A stretch of DNA of 64,000 nt. It comes from Eremomyces bilateralis CBS 781.70 (Eukaryota). The notes beneath the pieces are model-generated. The model had not been told where the DNA came from. It made no database searches and worked only from the letters and a program-made list of their open reading frames with translations. A program made the position numbers and the translations under genes. Location: NCBI GenBank assembly GCA_010015585.1, contig ML975155.1. One strand, 5' to 3'. The first letter of the stretch is position 1. Each line of letters opens with the position of its first letter. Shown piece after piece: positions 36,926 to 50,406 of this stretch.

Positions 36926-38518
36926 AGTTTCGCTGTCGTGTTCATATAACGCCGTTGGTGAGCATTGCGGCACGACGAGCGCACCATGGGGGGAGTGAGA
37001 AGATATACAAGCGCGAGAGAGGACCAGAGGAACCGGATTGGTAGGTGTATTAGGGCAGAGGCCGCATTTGCGGGTGAGGAGACATTCGGAAGACGTGGGA
37101 TGGCATATAGGGACGGGCCACGGCGAATTACCTACAACGGGATAGTGGTAGCGACCGTGATGCTGATTCGATTGCGAAAGTCCATGGGAGCATGGCCTTG
37201 GGGGCGCCACGGCGATTGACGACGCGGGGGAGCGGGACCAAAAGCATCCTCCGACCTCAGAAGCCTCAAGCATCATCGAAAGACGAAATCATCAAATGAG
37301 AAACGACAGCGCAGAGCCCAAGCATGAAGCAACCGATCCCCTACCACCAGAGATTTCAGGCCCCCCGTGCTGTCTTCGAAGTTTCTTCGCCTCTCCGATA
37401 ATATTCTCCTCATTCTCTTTGTCTCCAGGTGTCCCTCAATACAAAAAAGGTCCGCTCCGATCTCACACCACCCACCCTCCAGGCCCAAGATGCAGCCTAT
37501 TTCTTGGATCTGACCTCATCAACCTCAAGGTTCAAGTCCTCCATACCGAGCTTGCCACCCGCCCCTCTGCCCACCACCGGCTGTTCGTCTTTGCTTCGCC
37601 TCCACAGGCTAACAAGACCAATTTCAAGTGCTAAGATGCTTAGTCGTCCGTTCAAAGCCTCTTAGATTGGGACACATTGCTCCATACACGCCTTGTCACA
37701 TCGGGCTCCGATTGTGCTTGCGACTTGCGAGGAATTTAGCGCATCCGATGGCCGTAATCGACTGGATAAATGGCAAAGCAGTCCCGGTCCGTCGCGAGAT
37801 AGCGTTTCCGAAGCAAGGACAATTCCGTACATACTCCGTAGACCGTAATAATTAATATGTTCTGCGTAGATCTCCCCCAAGTTCCAAAGTTGCTCCTCGG
37901 TAGACTAGGAAGCGGCCCGCTCCGCAGGATTGAATTCTGTAATAAATCATACAGGTGCAGTGGACGATAATTAAAACGAGTATTTCGTATGGTGCCGGTA
38001 TCAGAGATTTCTTTGGTTTCTGTACTCAAGCCACAATACCTGTAATTATCATATTTATGCTTCAGCCCAGTTGTTGGAGAGTTGGTCGTATCCTGATGGT
38101 GTGTCGCCGTCTGGTGTCGGCTAGCAGCCAACCCAGGCTGTTCGGCATCACATCTCGTGTTGATGCCTGAAATTCCATGCAGACGGATCCAAGATCACCT
38201 GACCACGTCACATGCTGCCAAGTCAGGTGATCTTTGACCTCAACTCACCAGCCACGCCTAATACACAGCCACACCTGAACATCCATGACAGCCGTGAAGG
38301 AGAGCAACAGGACAACAACGTCAACTGAAGTTGAACCATGCTGTACTCTATAATAATATTAACCTACACATTGGGGACTACGTCTGTACATACGTCATGT
38401 TAAGCATCCTACAGTCTATACGCTTCCCACGTGACGCCTCTGATTTCCACCGGTGATCTCTGGTGCCCACCGGCATTCAAGCTCTCAACACTCGGAATCG
38501 CTCCGGGCCCCCGACCTA

Positions 38519-41500
38519 ATGTCTCGTTACGGAGAACCTCCTAAGTCCAGAGCCAACGGCTACAATCCATACGCGAACGGTTATGGACAAGAGAGTGGGG
38601 GGGACAGATACGAACAAGCTGACGACGAGGATCGAAACCCTTATGCTACATACAACGACAATCGCGCACGGACTCAACCCACCAACGATCGTGGCAATCA
38701 CGGCGGATACGAGGGATATGGCGACTATGACAGGCCACAGGAAGTCCAAACACAGCGACCAACAAGTCTAGAGCGCCGGCAAGCGAGACGACGGAGCCCG
38801 GCCTATGACCGCCAGGGTAACGGTGCTCGAGCTCCCGGTGGCGTTGGAGATGGGGGTAGTCAGATTGGGGATGTGCTGGATTATATCCGGCAGGATTGGG
38901 ACTTCATGACGGACGACAAGTGTATACCCATGCAAGTTGCCCTTCAGCTCATGGACACCAGCTCGCTGGGTCTTGCCTCGCGACACTCCCACTTCCGAGA
39001 TACCCACGGTCAGCTTCAATCGGCACTGCGAAGTATCGTGAACGAACACCATCAAGGGTTCAACAGCTCGATCGGAACCTTTCACAACATCCAGTCCAGC
39101 ATACAGGATTCCCAATCGCGGATTCGGTTTTTAAAGGAGGCGCTTGTGCAAGGCAAAACGAACCTATCCTCCTCCAAGCCCGAACTAAGCGCGCTAGCGG
39201 TCGCCTCACAAACGTACGACGACATGCTTTTGCTGCTCGCAACAACGGAGCATCTACAAGGCATTCCGGAGAAGCTCGAGGCCCGTGTGTCAGAGAAGCG
39301 CTTTCTAAGCGCTGTAGAGCTTTTACAGGATGGTCTCCGGACCATTAGAAAAGCAGAAATGGACAACATCGTGGGATTGAGCGATTTGAGAGTGTACCTC
39401 AGCAACCAGGAGCACTCTTTGACCGACATCCTGATCGAAGAACTACACAGTCATCTGTACCTCAAATCCCCCTACTGTGAGGCCAGATGGAAGCAGTATG
39501 CTCCGAACCAAGGTAGAATTCCGGGTACGGAACGAAACAGCGCGTCCATAGATACCCGCGTAAGAACGCTATTTCAATTTCTGGACAAGCTGGACACATC
39601 CGCTACCATGGTCGAGGACCCTTCCAGGAACCCGGAAGCAGACACCTTTCAATACATTCAGCTTCTTGTCGAGGCATTGAATAACATGAGCCGACTCGAC
39701 GTGGCGGTGGAAACCATTGAACACAGGATGCCGGTAGAGCTGTTCCGCGTGGTCGAACGGTGCAACAACGAGGTCGATCAACGCCACCCGGGCCGTTTGC
39801 GAACCGTCCGAGGCCGCCACTCTCCGGCCGTAGACCCGGAAAGCTACCGCAACCGCATAGTCCTGACCGATCTGTTGTGGACACTTTATGCCCGGTTCGA
39901 GGCCATAGCAGAAGGCCATCGGGTTGTCCACGATGTTATCGTTGGCATCACGAAGCGTGAAGGCGTCCGAGAAGCGTCCGGGTTGACGCGAGGCTTTCGA
40001 GAGTTGTGGAAGCTCTATCAGAGTGAAATACGTTCGCTCCTCCATGATTATCTTGCAAGCGATGGAAATTCGTCGCTGCGCAGTGGTTTGAGTCTTGGCG
40101 CTGGCGGTAACATCTTCGCGCGAAAACAGCGTGACAAAACTAGACCGCTTTTCCACCTTACTGATGTAGACGTCAAGTCAGCCGAGATCGCTTCGGAGAA
40201 AGACGAGCTAAACGCAATCTTGAAGTCGTCAGTACCTGGTCTTGTTTCTGATGCAAAGCTACCTTCGATTGGTACTCAAGGCATCACCTCTGGAGGGGGC
40301 GACGGGAGTGCAACCGGGCACAAGCTCCTCGTCGATCCGAGTGTTTTCAATATGGGGGTGCTTCTACCCCCATCTTTGACGTTCCTAAACAAGCTCAAGG
40401 AGGTGGTGCCCATGGGCTCCGATATCGTCATTAGTACCCTGACATCTTTCCTAGACGATTTTCTCGTCAATGTGTTCTTACCTCAACTGGACGAGACCCT
40501 CACCGAGATTTTGGGAATGATCTTAGTCGAAGTCGACGCGTTCCAAAAAGACTCGAAATGGAACCAGAGGGCATCGAAGCCCATCTTCAAGGGGTGCTCA
40601 AAATTCTTTGCCGTCCTGGAGTCATTCTGTGGGATGCTGGATCGACTTCCTCATGATCAAGCCTTTACGCAACTGATAATCTCCCAGCTCGTCACCTACT
40701 ATGACAAATGCTACGGTTGGCTTAAGGCAATGTTGACTCGGTCCCAACCAAAGACAGGATCGGGGCAACGGGGTAAAGCTGCTGCCTTTTTAGTTGAGGA
40801 TGATGAAATCCAAGGCATTTTATCCACCATGACGTTGTCCCAAGCGGACGAGCTGGCGGCATTGAATGACAAAGTAAGGACTAACTCTTTTGATTAACAA
40901 TGCCAAACGACTCACCATTCTCTAGGAGACATCAATCCTGATAGATCGATTCAGCAACGACCCGATCGATGAATTTGATATCATACAAGATCGGAAGAAT
41001 ATCGGGTCGCTTTGCCTGTTGTACAACAGCATGGTCAGTATGGTTTGCCCTCTATACAAGTTCTCTCTAATAAGACCTAGAAATGGCTATCCACAAAGAT
41101 GAACCAGCTTCGTAGGATCAGTGATCGAACCACCGACACTTCCAGAAGAGATTCGACACGAGGACTCCAGCAACGATGGACCCTCGTTGCATCGGAATTC
41201 GTGTCGGACGAAGATTCTCCGTACCTCCCCCTGAATCGAGAGACAGCAGAGTACGTATATCTCCATGGTACTGTAGCCCTACATCTAACATACTGTCCTA
41301 GTGCTTTTGATGGTGTTGTCCGTTCATATCAAGAACTTGCCACGAAAGTGTTGCGAGTATTGCATATTGAAATTCGTTGTCATATCATGCTGTATCTTCG
41401 AAAGTCATTGGAGCGAACCTACCAACTCGAGGAATTGATCGATGAGCCCGATCCTGAGGTCACTGCCCTGAACGATGACTTGGTTTCATATGACGAAGAG

Positions 41501-41970
41501 CTTGGAACGCTGCTCCAACCGTCTCAACATGAGTAAGTTGCTTTGAATATTTTGCACTTCCATCAGCTAAAGGACCCAGATATGTAAAGTGCGGAATCGG
41601 TGCTCTTATGGACCAAGTGCTCGTCCACAACGCTGCAAAGATCCCCGTCATGAACGACAATGGCTGTGGCCGGATGCAGCTCAACATTCTGGTTTTGCAA
41701 CAAAACTTGAAGAACATTGAGCCGAATGCCCTTCTCTCGCGCAGTGCCCAACTGTTTGATTATTTTGCCGCCGGACCGGACGAAATTATCGCCCAAGCAA
41801 AGGAATCATCCGGCAAAGACATGGGCTTCAGTTACGATGAGCTGAAGCCAATTATTGAGCTCTACTATTCAGAAGCACTACAGTCCACGAGGAGAGAAAT
41901 GGCTGTCCAGGCCCGCCGAGGGCTCGATGACCACTTGCTTCAGCTTAGCGAACATATGTGGCAGTCGTAG
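38519..41970 (+). CDS. SEC8: Exocyst complex component Sec8
   Basis: ATG at 38519. Introns 40874-40925, 41034-41080, 41251-41301 and 41533-41579. Sec8 N-terminal signature (DWDFMTDDKCIPMQVALQLMD..IVNEHHQGFNSSIGTF, LIEELHSHLYLKSPY) and C-terminal RMQLNILVLQQNLKNI. Confidence 0.93.
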
Positions 41971-42660
41971 AGACCGCCAAACTTCTGAACGAAAAGGCTC
42001 TCTACGTCGAGGTCGAATCGAAGTTTCAACCGCGAAACCCTCGTGGTTGCAACAGGTTTCTCATATCGCGGAATTCCGCGACCTATGCCGTCCATTCAGA
42101 AGGATTTATTCTAGAGTCGCGAAGAATCTCCCATGCCACATCGCTATTGAGAGAGCCATTACAAGGATATTTCAGTTTGCTTTCTGGATGTATCAACAAT
42201 CAAAGCTTCCTCTTGGTACGAGAAGGATCCGTCTGGCACTCATGTGTAATAGTCTGAACTTCAATAATTGAAGCTATATCATTCTGGCCATGGACGAGGC
42301 TAATATTAACCTCGGGGGTGATTCACTACTACTTTTGTGTTTGTCTCTTGTTTGCTGTTGCGACCTGCATGTGATGCGTGCCCAGGATGACTATTCCTAT
42401 CTAGCAGGCGCAGTCGGCTTATGGTGCAGTGATATAGTAGAGCCGGGAATATAAACAAATCTCTCTAAAAAGTTGAGTAATATTGTTTTCGTCCTGAATA
42501 AGTCTTGCATTATTTCTTTCTGAGTGGGCAGGGTTTGCGTCGTTCCACAGCACGAGGCGGTATTTGTTCCGATATTTCTCTTCGCCATTGTTTCTCCCAC
42601 CGTCAGGTGCCTTCTCCATATACATCCAATTGTGTGCCCGGCCTTTCTTCTGGATTGGTT

Positions 42661-44724
42661 ATGAAGAGCATGTTTGCCGAAAGTGCCAAATACTGGACGC
42701 GCCGGCCCAAGGCCTATCAAGAGCAGAAATGGGTTTCTGAGCAGTTAGATGATATCGCGAAACGGGCCCAGGTCGATCCCAATCGCACCAGCTACATGAT
42801 GCCGCAAAAAACCTCATCGTGTCCTTCTATCATGCTAAACCTCCCGCGGGTTCCTATTGAGACCACTCAGTCCCTACACCCGGTACAAAAGGGACCTCAC
42901 GACCCGCAACGAGTTTGCTTGCATTGTGGACGCTGTCTGTATTGCAACACGCTCGTCCTTGGAGACAAATATCGAACCGGGTTCACTTGCAACCACCCGG
43001 ATATCTGGAGACCAGGACGCATCACTCCGGAGACACCGTGTGAGCTCGCTGCACAAATTGAGAAGGATTATGAGCCCCGCTTAATTACCCAGGCGAATAG
43101 GAGGCTGGCTGGTGATCTCGAGCCCAATGATCAGGAAGGAAGACTATTCCGGGTTGGAGATAGGCCCAACTTCAGGTTGCTAAGACTGCAAAGGCGAGGC
43201 GGTCTCTATGACCCTGATCGGCCGCCTCCCGCTCGAACACAATCCGCTCCAGGGGCAATCCGTTTCTATTCGTCGGCTGCGAATCTCCAAAGTGGCACCC
43301 GATCTCGATCGAAGATGCAGGAAACCTCTTCTTCGCGAAGCAAGGGGTCATCAAAGTCGCCGAAGCAAAAGCAAAAGCCAAGGCAATCGGATTCCTATGC
43401 GCAACATCGCCCGTCACGTAGGTCACATCAGCCTTCCTCATCCTCCATGGGAGAACGACGTCATGCAGGGCACCGGACATCGAGTTCGGAGGAAATCAAA
43501 AAGGAACCGCTCGAAGAGCAAATCGTGGACATATTTTCATCACCATGGCCGCCGCATTGGCAAGTACCTTTCCATCTAGACATAAGCAACGAGCCACGAA
43601 CCGAGTGTAGCTGGAAATCTCAAGGCAAACGAGTAGTACGCGATGAATCCGACCAGCATTTCGATTCTTCGGATTCTCGAGTGCGGAGAATGAGATCCGT
43701 GCGGTTCCCGGTTGTGAGTCGCATCAGACAATCGTTCAAGAAAAGTTCCAGCAGTCCTATTCAGTCTAGCATGGAGTATCACTCGGATGAGGAACCGGCA
43801 TCGGATTCTGAAAACGTTTCCGCTTCACACTCGGCTTGTATTCTCGCGCCTGCCAGTGAACCATCGTGTCCTGCAACCGGTATCCGATTCGTTTCTACGG
43901 ATCCGTTACATCCTCCACGGACCCCCCGGGCAGCGTCATTAAATTGGCCCATTTCACGCAGCGATATTACTGGGAATTACAGGCAAGGAACCCCTGAATC
44001 CGTTCTGGAACCGAAATTCGAACTTCGCAGGAAATCACTGGCCAGGGCCTTTAGAGAACGGTCACGATCGATGCCGCCGGCGGTCATACGTGTGGAGTCC
44101 AAAGAGCTGCGGCGACGGGGTATAATAGAAACTAGGGACCGAATCACTCTTCATCACCCAAAACCTGTGCAACCCTGCAGGACACTGGCATTACGGGATG
44201 AGGCTGGGCCGAGCAAGTCCGGGCCGGTTGAGAAGACCAGATCAGTTATGGTTCCTGCTATCAGGATAAAATATCCCTCACCAAAATACAGGATCCCAAC
44301 ACCCCCGACTGGCGCTACTCGTATCCATACGCCTCCTATGTTCAAGAAGAAATGGACCGGAACCAGGGGCAGCATCTTTGGCGGATTCTTCTTTGATTTG
44401 AAAAAGTGGTCTTCAGTCGGCGAGGTTAAGGAGAGAGATCGTTCCAACCACTTGAACACAAAGGGGAGAGAAGACGATTTCTTCCGGCGTAAAGTAGAAG
44501 ACGTGATGGGAGAGGAGATGGGAGGTGAAGCGTTCGAGCACTGGAAATCGGAGTTCGAATGGATGATACCCGACCATTTACCCAATTCTCCCCTCTGCCC
44601 TTTATCACCTAAGAATACGTGGTGGCCTGGTATGATTTGTCTCTGGCATGGTAGGAAGAACACCAGCGGTGAAACGGTTCCCTGGCAGAACGATGAACTC
44701 GTTTCGTTCCTTAGTCTCCCCTAG
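42661..44724 (+). CDS. Hypothetical Ser/Arg/Pro-rich protein with Cys/His motifs at both ends
   Basis: Stop-free ORF of more than 2 kb (first ATG at 42661). CLHCGRCLYC motif near the N-terminus and PDHLPNSPLCP..ICLWHGRK near the C-terminus. Confidence 0.7.
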   Translation: MKSMFAESAKYWTRRPKAYQEQKWVSEQLDDIAKRAQVDPNRTSYMMPQKTSSCPSIMLNLPRVPIETTQSLHPVQKGPHDPQRVCLHCGRCLYCNTLVLGDKYRTGFTCNHPDIWRPGRITPETPCELAAQIEKDYEPRLITQANRRLAGDLEPNDQEGRLFRVGDRPNFRLLRLQRRGGLYDPDRPPPARTQSAPGAIRFYSSAANLQSGTRSRSKMQETSSSRSKGSSKSPKQKQKPRQSDSYAQHRPSRRSHQPSSSSMGERRHAGHRTSSSEEIKKEPLEEQIVDIFSSPWPPHWQVPFHLDISNEPRTECSWKSQGKRVVRDESDQHFDSSDSRVRRMRSVRFPVVSRIRQSFKKSSSSPIQSSMEYHSDEEPASDSENVSASHSACILAPASEPSCPATGIRFVSTDPLHPPRTPRAASLNWPISRSDITGNYRQGTPESVLEPKFELRRKSLARAFRERSRSMPPAVIRVESKELRRRGIIETRDRITLHHPKPVQPCRTLALRDEAGPSKSGPVEKTRSVMVPAIRIKYPSPKYRIPTPPTGATRIHTPPMFKKKWTGTRGSIFGGFFFDLKKWSSVGEVKERDRSNHLNTKGREDDFFRRKVEDVMGEEMGGEAFEHWKSEFEWMIPDHLPNSPLCPLSPKNTWWPGMICLWHGRKNTSGETVPWQNDELVSFLSLP

Positions 44725-45721
44725 GGTTCACTGCCGGTGAACCGGTGCCTTCATTGACCGTGGGAACTTCACGATATATGACTGCTACTGATAGACCGTC
44801 CAAATGCAAAATCCCGTCCGTTTCTGATTGCCAGCAGCCATAAACACCGTGATTAACAGTATGAGGAATTGAAATCCTACGCAGAGGGCATATGTTTGAA
44901 AGTTAAATGTGTAGTTATACTTACTCGACACTTCAATTCCTAGATATTGGTATTGCAATCAAATTGGGGCAAGCATGATGCGAATGCTCCACATACGAGA
45001 AGACATAATTCGATTGCATGAACAACTAAGATATCACCCACGGTCAGTGATCCGGTCACACCACATCAGCCGCATCGCACCTATCGCCAAGTCCAAAATA
45101 TCTCTCTTCCTCCATATGTCAATACTTTCTTCCTTTTCCGGCTCGGATATGAGCTATCACCAACCAAACTATCCGGCCCTTGCGGCGCCATAGCGGGGAT
45201 GTTATCCTGATTGTCGAAATACACTGTTCACCCATGCCACGGCATCCTCTCGCCATGCATCGAGACTTTGCTTCTTCCATGTCTGAATTGGCATTGCATT
45301 GCGTGGCGAAGACATCTTGTCCGCCCTGGCGCCGAGTAACTGTGCAACTCATCACGGTATTGGCAAGCCACCACTTTTCTTATCCAATTGCCACCCTTCA
45401 ATTCAGTTCCCTCGTTCTTATCACTGCATCGGAGCTCAACATGAGTAGACCATACCTGGCCCAGGCCGGGACCGAGCGACATACTTCGTCGGTAGAACCT
45501 TATCTCAACTGTCTCGTATTCTCTCCAAATGGTATCCGTCATCTGTAGGATCGCTCTGCGTATAGAAATACCTGGGTTCGTCCTCGGGCGGCGGGGTTTA
45601 AGTGCAGCCCCGACTTTAAGCTCTTACATTCGATCAGTACTGCACTTGATCACTTGGGATTCCATTATCAATTTCGTTACCCTAGACCACCTCCCTCACT
45701 GCGTAGCTTCAAAGTCATTCG

Positions 45722-47680
45722 ATGGATGAGCCAGGTCCCGATCAAATCGGTCCTTCAATGACCCGGGAGGAGAAATGGACTGGAAAGTTGAGACATGTTC
45801 GCAAAGCATTTACAACAAAGTGGGTCGTCCTAGGTGCCTTTACAATCATACTTACTCGAGTTGCTCGACACGACTGAAATGAGCCTTTGAATTAAGTAGA
45901 GAGCAAGTGTTAACTGAGTGGTCCAGGGAGGGCCTCGTTGGCTCATACGACTATGCCTTTCTCTTCACCCCAAATATCCCTTTCCTGAAGCGCGCCCGGC
46001 GTGCTGCCCCCTTCTTCGGTCTAAATGATAAGATGCCCGTGTTCCTCGCTCTTCTTCTGGGGTTCCAACATGCTCTGGCAATGTTGGCAGGTGTCATTAC
46101 CCCGCCCATCATCCGTGAGCCATCCAGACACGACGCGACTCGAGGAGAACAGGCCGAATGCTAATGCACCGTAGTTTCGGGTACCGGGGCGGCGAATTTG
46201 AGCCTTGACGTCTCGCAGTACCTCGTCTCGACATCCCTCATCGTGTGCGGGTTGCTCTCATCCATCCAGATCACCCGGTTCCATATCTACAAGTCTCCGT
46301 ACTACATCGGAACGGGCTTGATTTCGGTGGTTGGCACATCATTCGCAACCATTCCTGTGGCGCAAGGAGCTCTTCAACAGATGTATGACATTGGGTACTG
46401 CCCTAAAGGCGCAAACGGTACCAAGCTTCCCTGCCCAGATGGCTACGGTGCGATTTTGGGGACTGCGTGCTTTTGCGCTCTTCTCGAAGTTGCCATGAGC
46501 TTTACCAGCCCGCGGATGCTCAAGAAGCTTTTCCCGCCCATTGTGACCGGTCCAACTGTGTGCTTGATCGGTGTCAAATTGATCGAGTCGGCGCTCAAGA
46601 ACTGGGCGGGAAGCAACAATGACTGCTACAAGCCCATCCACCGGTCTCTTCCGCCTTTGCCCGAACATCAATGCCCCACGGCCACTTCCTTGGGGCTCAG
46701 CGGAATTCATCGGCCTTGGATTCAGCGTTTTCGTTACGATCATTCTCTGCGAGAGATTCGGTTCGCCGATCATGAAGTCGACTTCCGTTGTCATCGGTTT
46801 GCTCGTCGGTTGCATCATCGCTGCAACAGGATATTTCGACCGGTCCGGTATCGACCGCGCTCCAGCGGTTTCGTTTATTTGGGTCCATACATTTAAACTG
46901 TCTTTCTACGGCCCTATCGTGCTACCGCTACTAGCGGTGTATATCGTCTTAGCAATGGAAGTCATCGGAGATGTCACGGCCACTTGCGATGTTTCGCGCT
47001 TGGAGGTTGCCGGACCGCTTTTTGATTCCCGCATTCAAGGGGGTGTCCTGGCTGACGGACTGAATGGCATATTGGCTGGGCTTTGCACCATTACTCCGAT
47101 GTCCACCTTTGCGCAGAACAACGGGGTCATTGCCCTAACACGTTGCGCCAACCGCAAGGCCGGCTACGCCTGCTGCTTCTGGCTTGTCGTAATGGGAATT
47201 TTCTCCAAATTTGCCGCCGCTCTTGTTGCGATCCCACCAGCAGTGCTCGGTGGTATGACAACCTTCCTGTTCTCCGCTGTCGCCGTCTCCGGTATTCGAA
47301 TCGTGTCTACGGTCCCACTCGATCGTCGAAACCGATTTATCCTCACGTGTGCCTTCGCTGTGGGATTTGGGGCCACTTTGGTTCCGGAATGGTTTGATTA
47401 CGTATTCACATACGACGGAGAGAATCGTGCTTTGATGGGATTTTATAATGCGATTGAGTTGCTCATGGAGACCGGGTTTGCCTTGGCGGCGTTTTTGAGC
47501 TTGGTCCTCAACCTCGTCTTGCCCGAAGAAATCGAGGACGACGCCGAACTTCCCGAAGACGAGGGAGTTCCACCCATTAAGCCCTTGGAAAGGACTAGCA
47601 ATAGCCACTCTGGCACCAGCGGTGATATCGAGCAGGCTCCCGTCTCGAAGTCTGTGGAAGTACCTGAGAAAAGGGAATAG
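45722..47680 (+). CDS. Uric acid-xanthine permease (NAT/NCS2, UapA/UapC-like); frameshift at ~46630
   Basis: ATG at 45722. Introns 45820-45926 and 46115-46174. GFQHALAM (TMS1 QH), SVVGTSF, and NAT signature FAQNNGVIALTR. The frame changes between WAGSNNDCY and SPSTGLFRLCP. Confidence 0.88.
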
Positions 47681-47800
47681 TTGAGCGATGCACTGAAACC
47701 CGGTGTTGTGTTTGGACTATCCCCCTTGCTTTGAATGGTGGCATATCTTTTGAGGGGTCCACATTCGGTCCCAATTTCAATGCTATCTCTTGAAGACTGA

Positions 47801-49146
47801 TCATTGCTGATCTCCGTTATTCTTCGTACCATACTCTTGATGGGACTCGTCATCGACCCGTTCTGGTGGATTCAGCACGAAATAGCCCGCCAGAACGATG
47901 AAGGTGCTGTAGAAAACACCAATGATTGCTCGTCCACGCCAGCCCTGCTTCTTTTTTAGTTTCTCGTCGTTTCCAAGGATTGTAACAGCCTTCTGATTGA
48001 AGACATAACTGAGACCACTCCACAAGGTTGTTGCAGCGACAAGGTACTGCATCGGCGCCACTGCTTCGCTTAGGAAACCAATCTCGCCACCTTGCAACGC
48101 GCCTGGAAGGAGGCCTGGATTTGCGACAATAGGTTGGACAACCGTCAGCCCGATTAGGACCAGCTGCAGGAAGGTGTTGTACTTCGATACAGTCGTCGGA
48201 TGGACCTCGGCGCTAGGCAGACTAAAATCCCAATACCGTGCTAAAGTCTTCGGTGGTGGCAGACTTGCATAGCGGAAGTAGAGCGCGGCAGCGGCGAGGC
48301 TCACATCTCTTCCTAAAATAATTATGGCGAGTGGTAGCGGGAGGGCTCCTTTGGCTGCTAGACTTCCAACGAGGACCGTCATAAGCGTTTTGTCCGCTAG
48401 TGGGTCAATAACAGACCCGACCACGGTCTGGGAGTTGTATTTCCGTGCGATCCAGCCATCCAATAAGTCGGTGACGCCAGCGTACACAAACAGAGACACA
48501 GCCAGTACATGACGGTCTGTCAGGATAAGGTAGCCGATGCAAGGTGTCGCAATGAGGCGGGAGAATGTAAGCAAATTCGGGATGGTGTAGATATTCTCAT
48601 GGGCTGGAAGTAAAGAGCGGACCTGGGATCGCAGCTTATCCGACTGTCTCTTGAGAGCAGAGGACGGTCCCTATTCAGGAGTAAGTCTATGTTTTAGGCG
48701 ATTGAGAATTCCTATGGATATTTCCCAGTTCTTTGCAAATTACATAGATTCGAGCATGATTGGAATATATCGGCTGTCTTGATAGCAAGGGAATTGATTT
48801 GCGATTACAAGATTGTATCCATGAACTTGGAAATTCGACTTACTTTTGGCTCTGAGTTAGATACACTCGAATCAACCTGTCTTCCCTTCTCATTCTCATG
48901 CTTTGAGCTACTCTGGCGTGTCCAAGTTGGATGGACCGATCGTGGCTGGTATGATGAGTTCAAGAGGAAAGATCGGCATTTCAGCGGAATCCTGATGGCA
49001 GTGCCCGAGGACTGTACATTTTTTGCTAGACTATGATATCGTCTCCCACCAATATTAAAAGCCGGCGAGCTCCGCGAACCTGTCCCAACTGCTACGCGTA
49101 AAATCTTGAAACGCGTCCTGAAGATACTGGGTATTAGAGGCTCCAT
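47801..49146 (-). CDS. CRD1: Cardiolipin synthase (CDP-alcohol phosphatidyltransferase)
   Basis: Exon 48844-49146 (Arg/Ser-rich, like a mitochondrial presequence), intron 48671-48843 (GTAAGT..TAG), then ENIYTIPNLLTFSR..TDLLDGWIARK..GSVIDPLADK..PTTVSKYNT. Confidence 0.88.
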
Positions 49147-50406
49147 TGGTTTATGTGGTCCAATCTGGACAGTTAGAGTAGATTATTGTTCAAGCAAGGT
49201 CTCGCAAAAACCATGGACGATAAGATGCCGGATATTAGCAAAAAGAGTGTGATGGAGATTAGTTGTAAAGAGAGAATGAACTTAGGTCGAGGGACCAAAC
49301 TTTGTTAATCGGCAATCAATATTGACGCCTTGACGCCTTGGGGCCTTAGCAGTAGCGCAGGCGCAGGCGCAGGCGTAGAGCCCTTGGCCCGAGCCTGAGC
49401 CAGCCACACAAACATCCCATTGTTCCCCTGAAATCTGATCGGTCACTCTCTTTGGATTTGCCTTTTCACCGCCAGTATTCCGTATGAAATATTTCATTTC
49501 ATCCCAGGCCAGATCAATTTAATCCTTCTCCATCTAAGAACAAAGAACATAATTCCCCTATGATGGATGCCCATTGAAAGATCCGACTACTGTATTCAGA
49601 GTTGGTCTCTCCTTGTCTAAGTCTCCCCCTCACCTATCATGTTTTCGAGTCGGGACGGTTGTCTTCCCATTACACGGTTGATCACCTATCTTTTTTATAA
49701 AACCCCAGCTGAAGGATCGTCTGGGTTCCGTGCGGGTTGTACGCATAACTTGGCGAGCGCTCTCGGTCCTAGATGAAGAGGACGCCTGGCAATTATCCCT
49801 ACCTAGAACCCGGAAGACAGTAGATCGTTACCACAATATGCCGCTGTGTTCAGAGTCTTTTCGTACTGCCTCATATGTGCCGCTGCTCTCTTTCGTGCTC
49901 TTCCTTAAAGTTCTAAACCAACCCTCGTCAGATCACTAGAGCCTAAATTCCATGCCATACCTTTCACATACGGAAGAACGACGTCGCCGAGTCTGAAGTC
50001 CCCTATTTCCAACCCGGGCCATTTGATCTATCCCTGAAGGAAGGCATCGGCATACTATCGAAATATGCTGCTCTCATCACTTCACGCTTGTAATGTCCCT
50101 TTGAGTCTGCAGGCTGGGTAAGGCAAGCACGTCTCATCCGTTTTCATCAGCTGCAATGGAGCCAGCAATGCATAGGTATCTGACCTGCAATTGGGATCAT
50201 CCCATTCCCAGACATTTAACGTCTTACACCACACCACGATTCTAATATTGATCAAGACTATTCATACGCTTACTTTGTGCAAAGTCAGAACAACAGCGTT
50301 GTCGCCCATTATTTACACCTTCGTTCCGCCGCTGGTAACGAGATCTAACTTCAGTGGCGGCTTTCAACGTACTATTGTCAAATCGTTGCGATTTCACATT
50401 GGCGCC

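Noticed and set aside
45000..45700. UaY site in the purine permease promoter
   Set aside because: No TCGG-N6-CCGA found. Scattered GATA cores exist but are too short to call.
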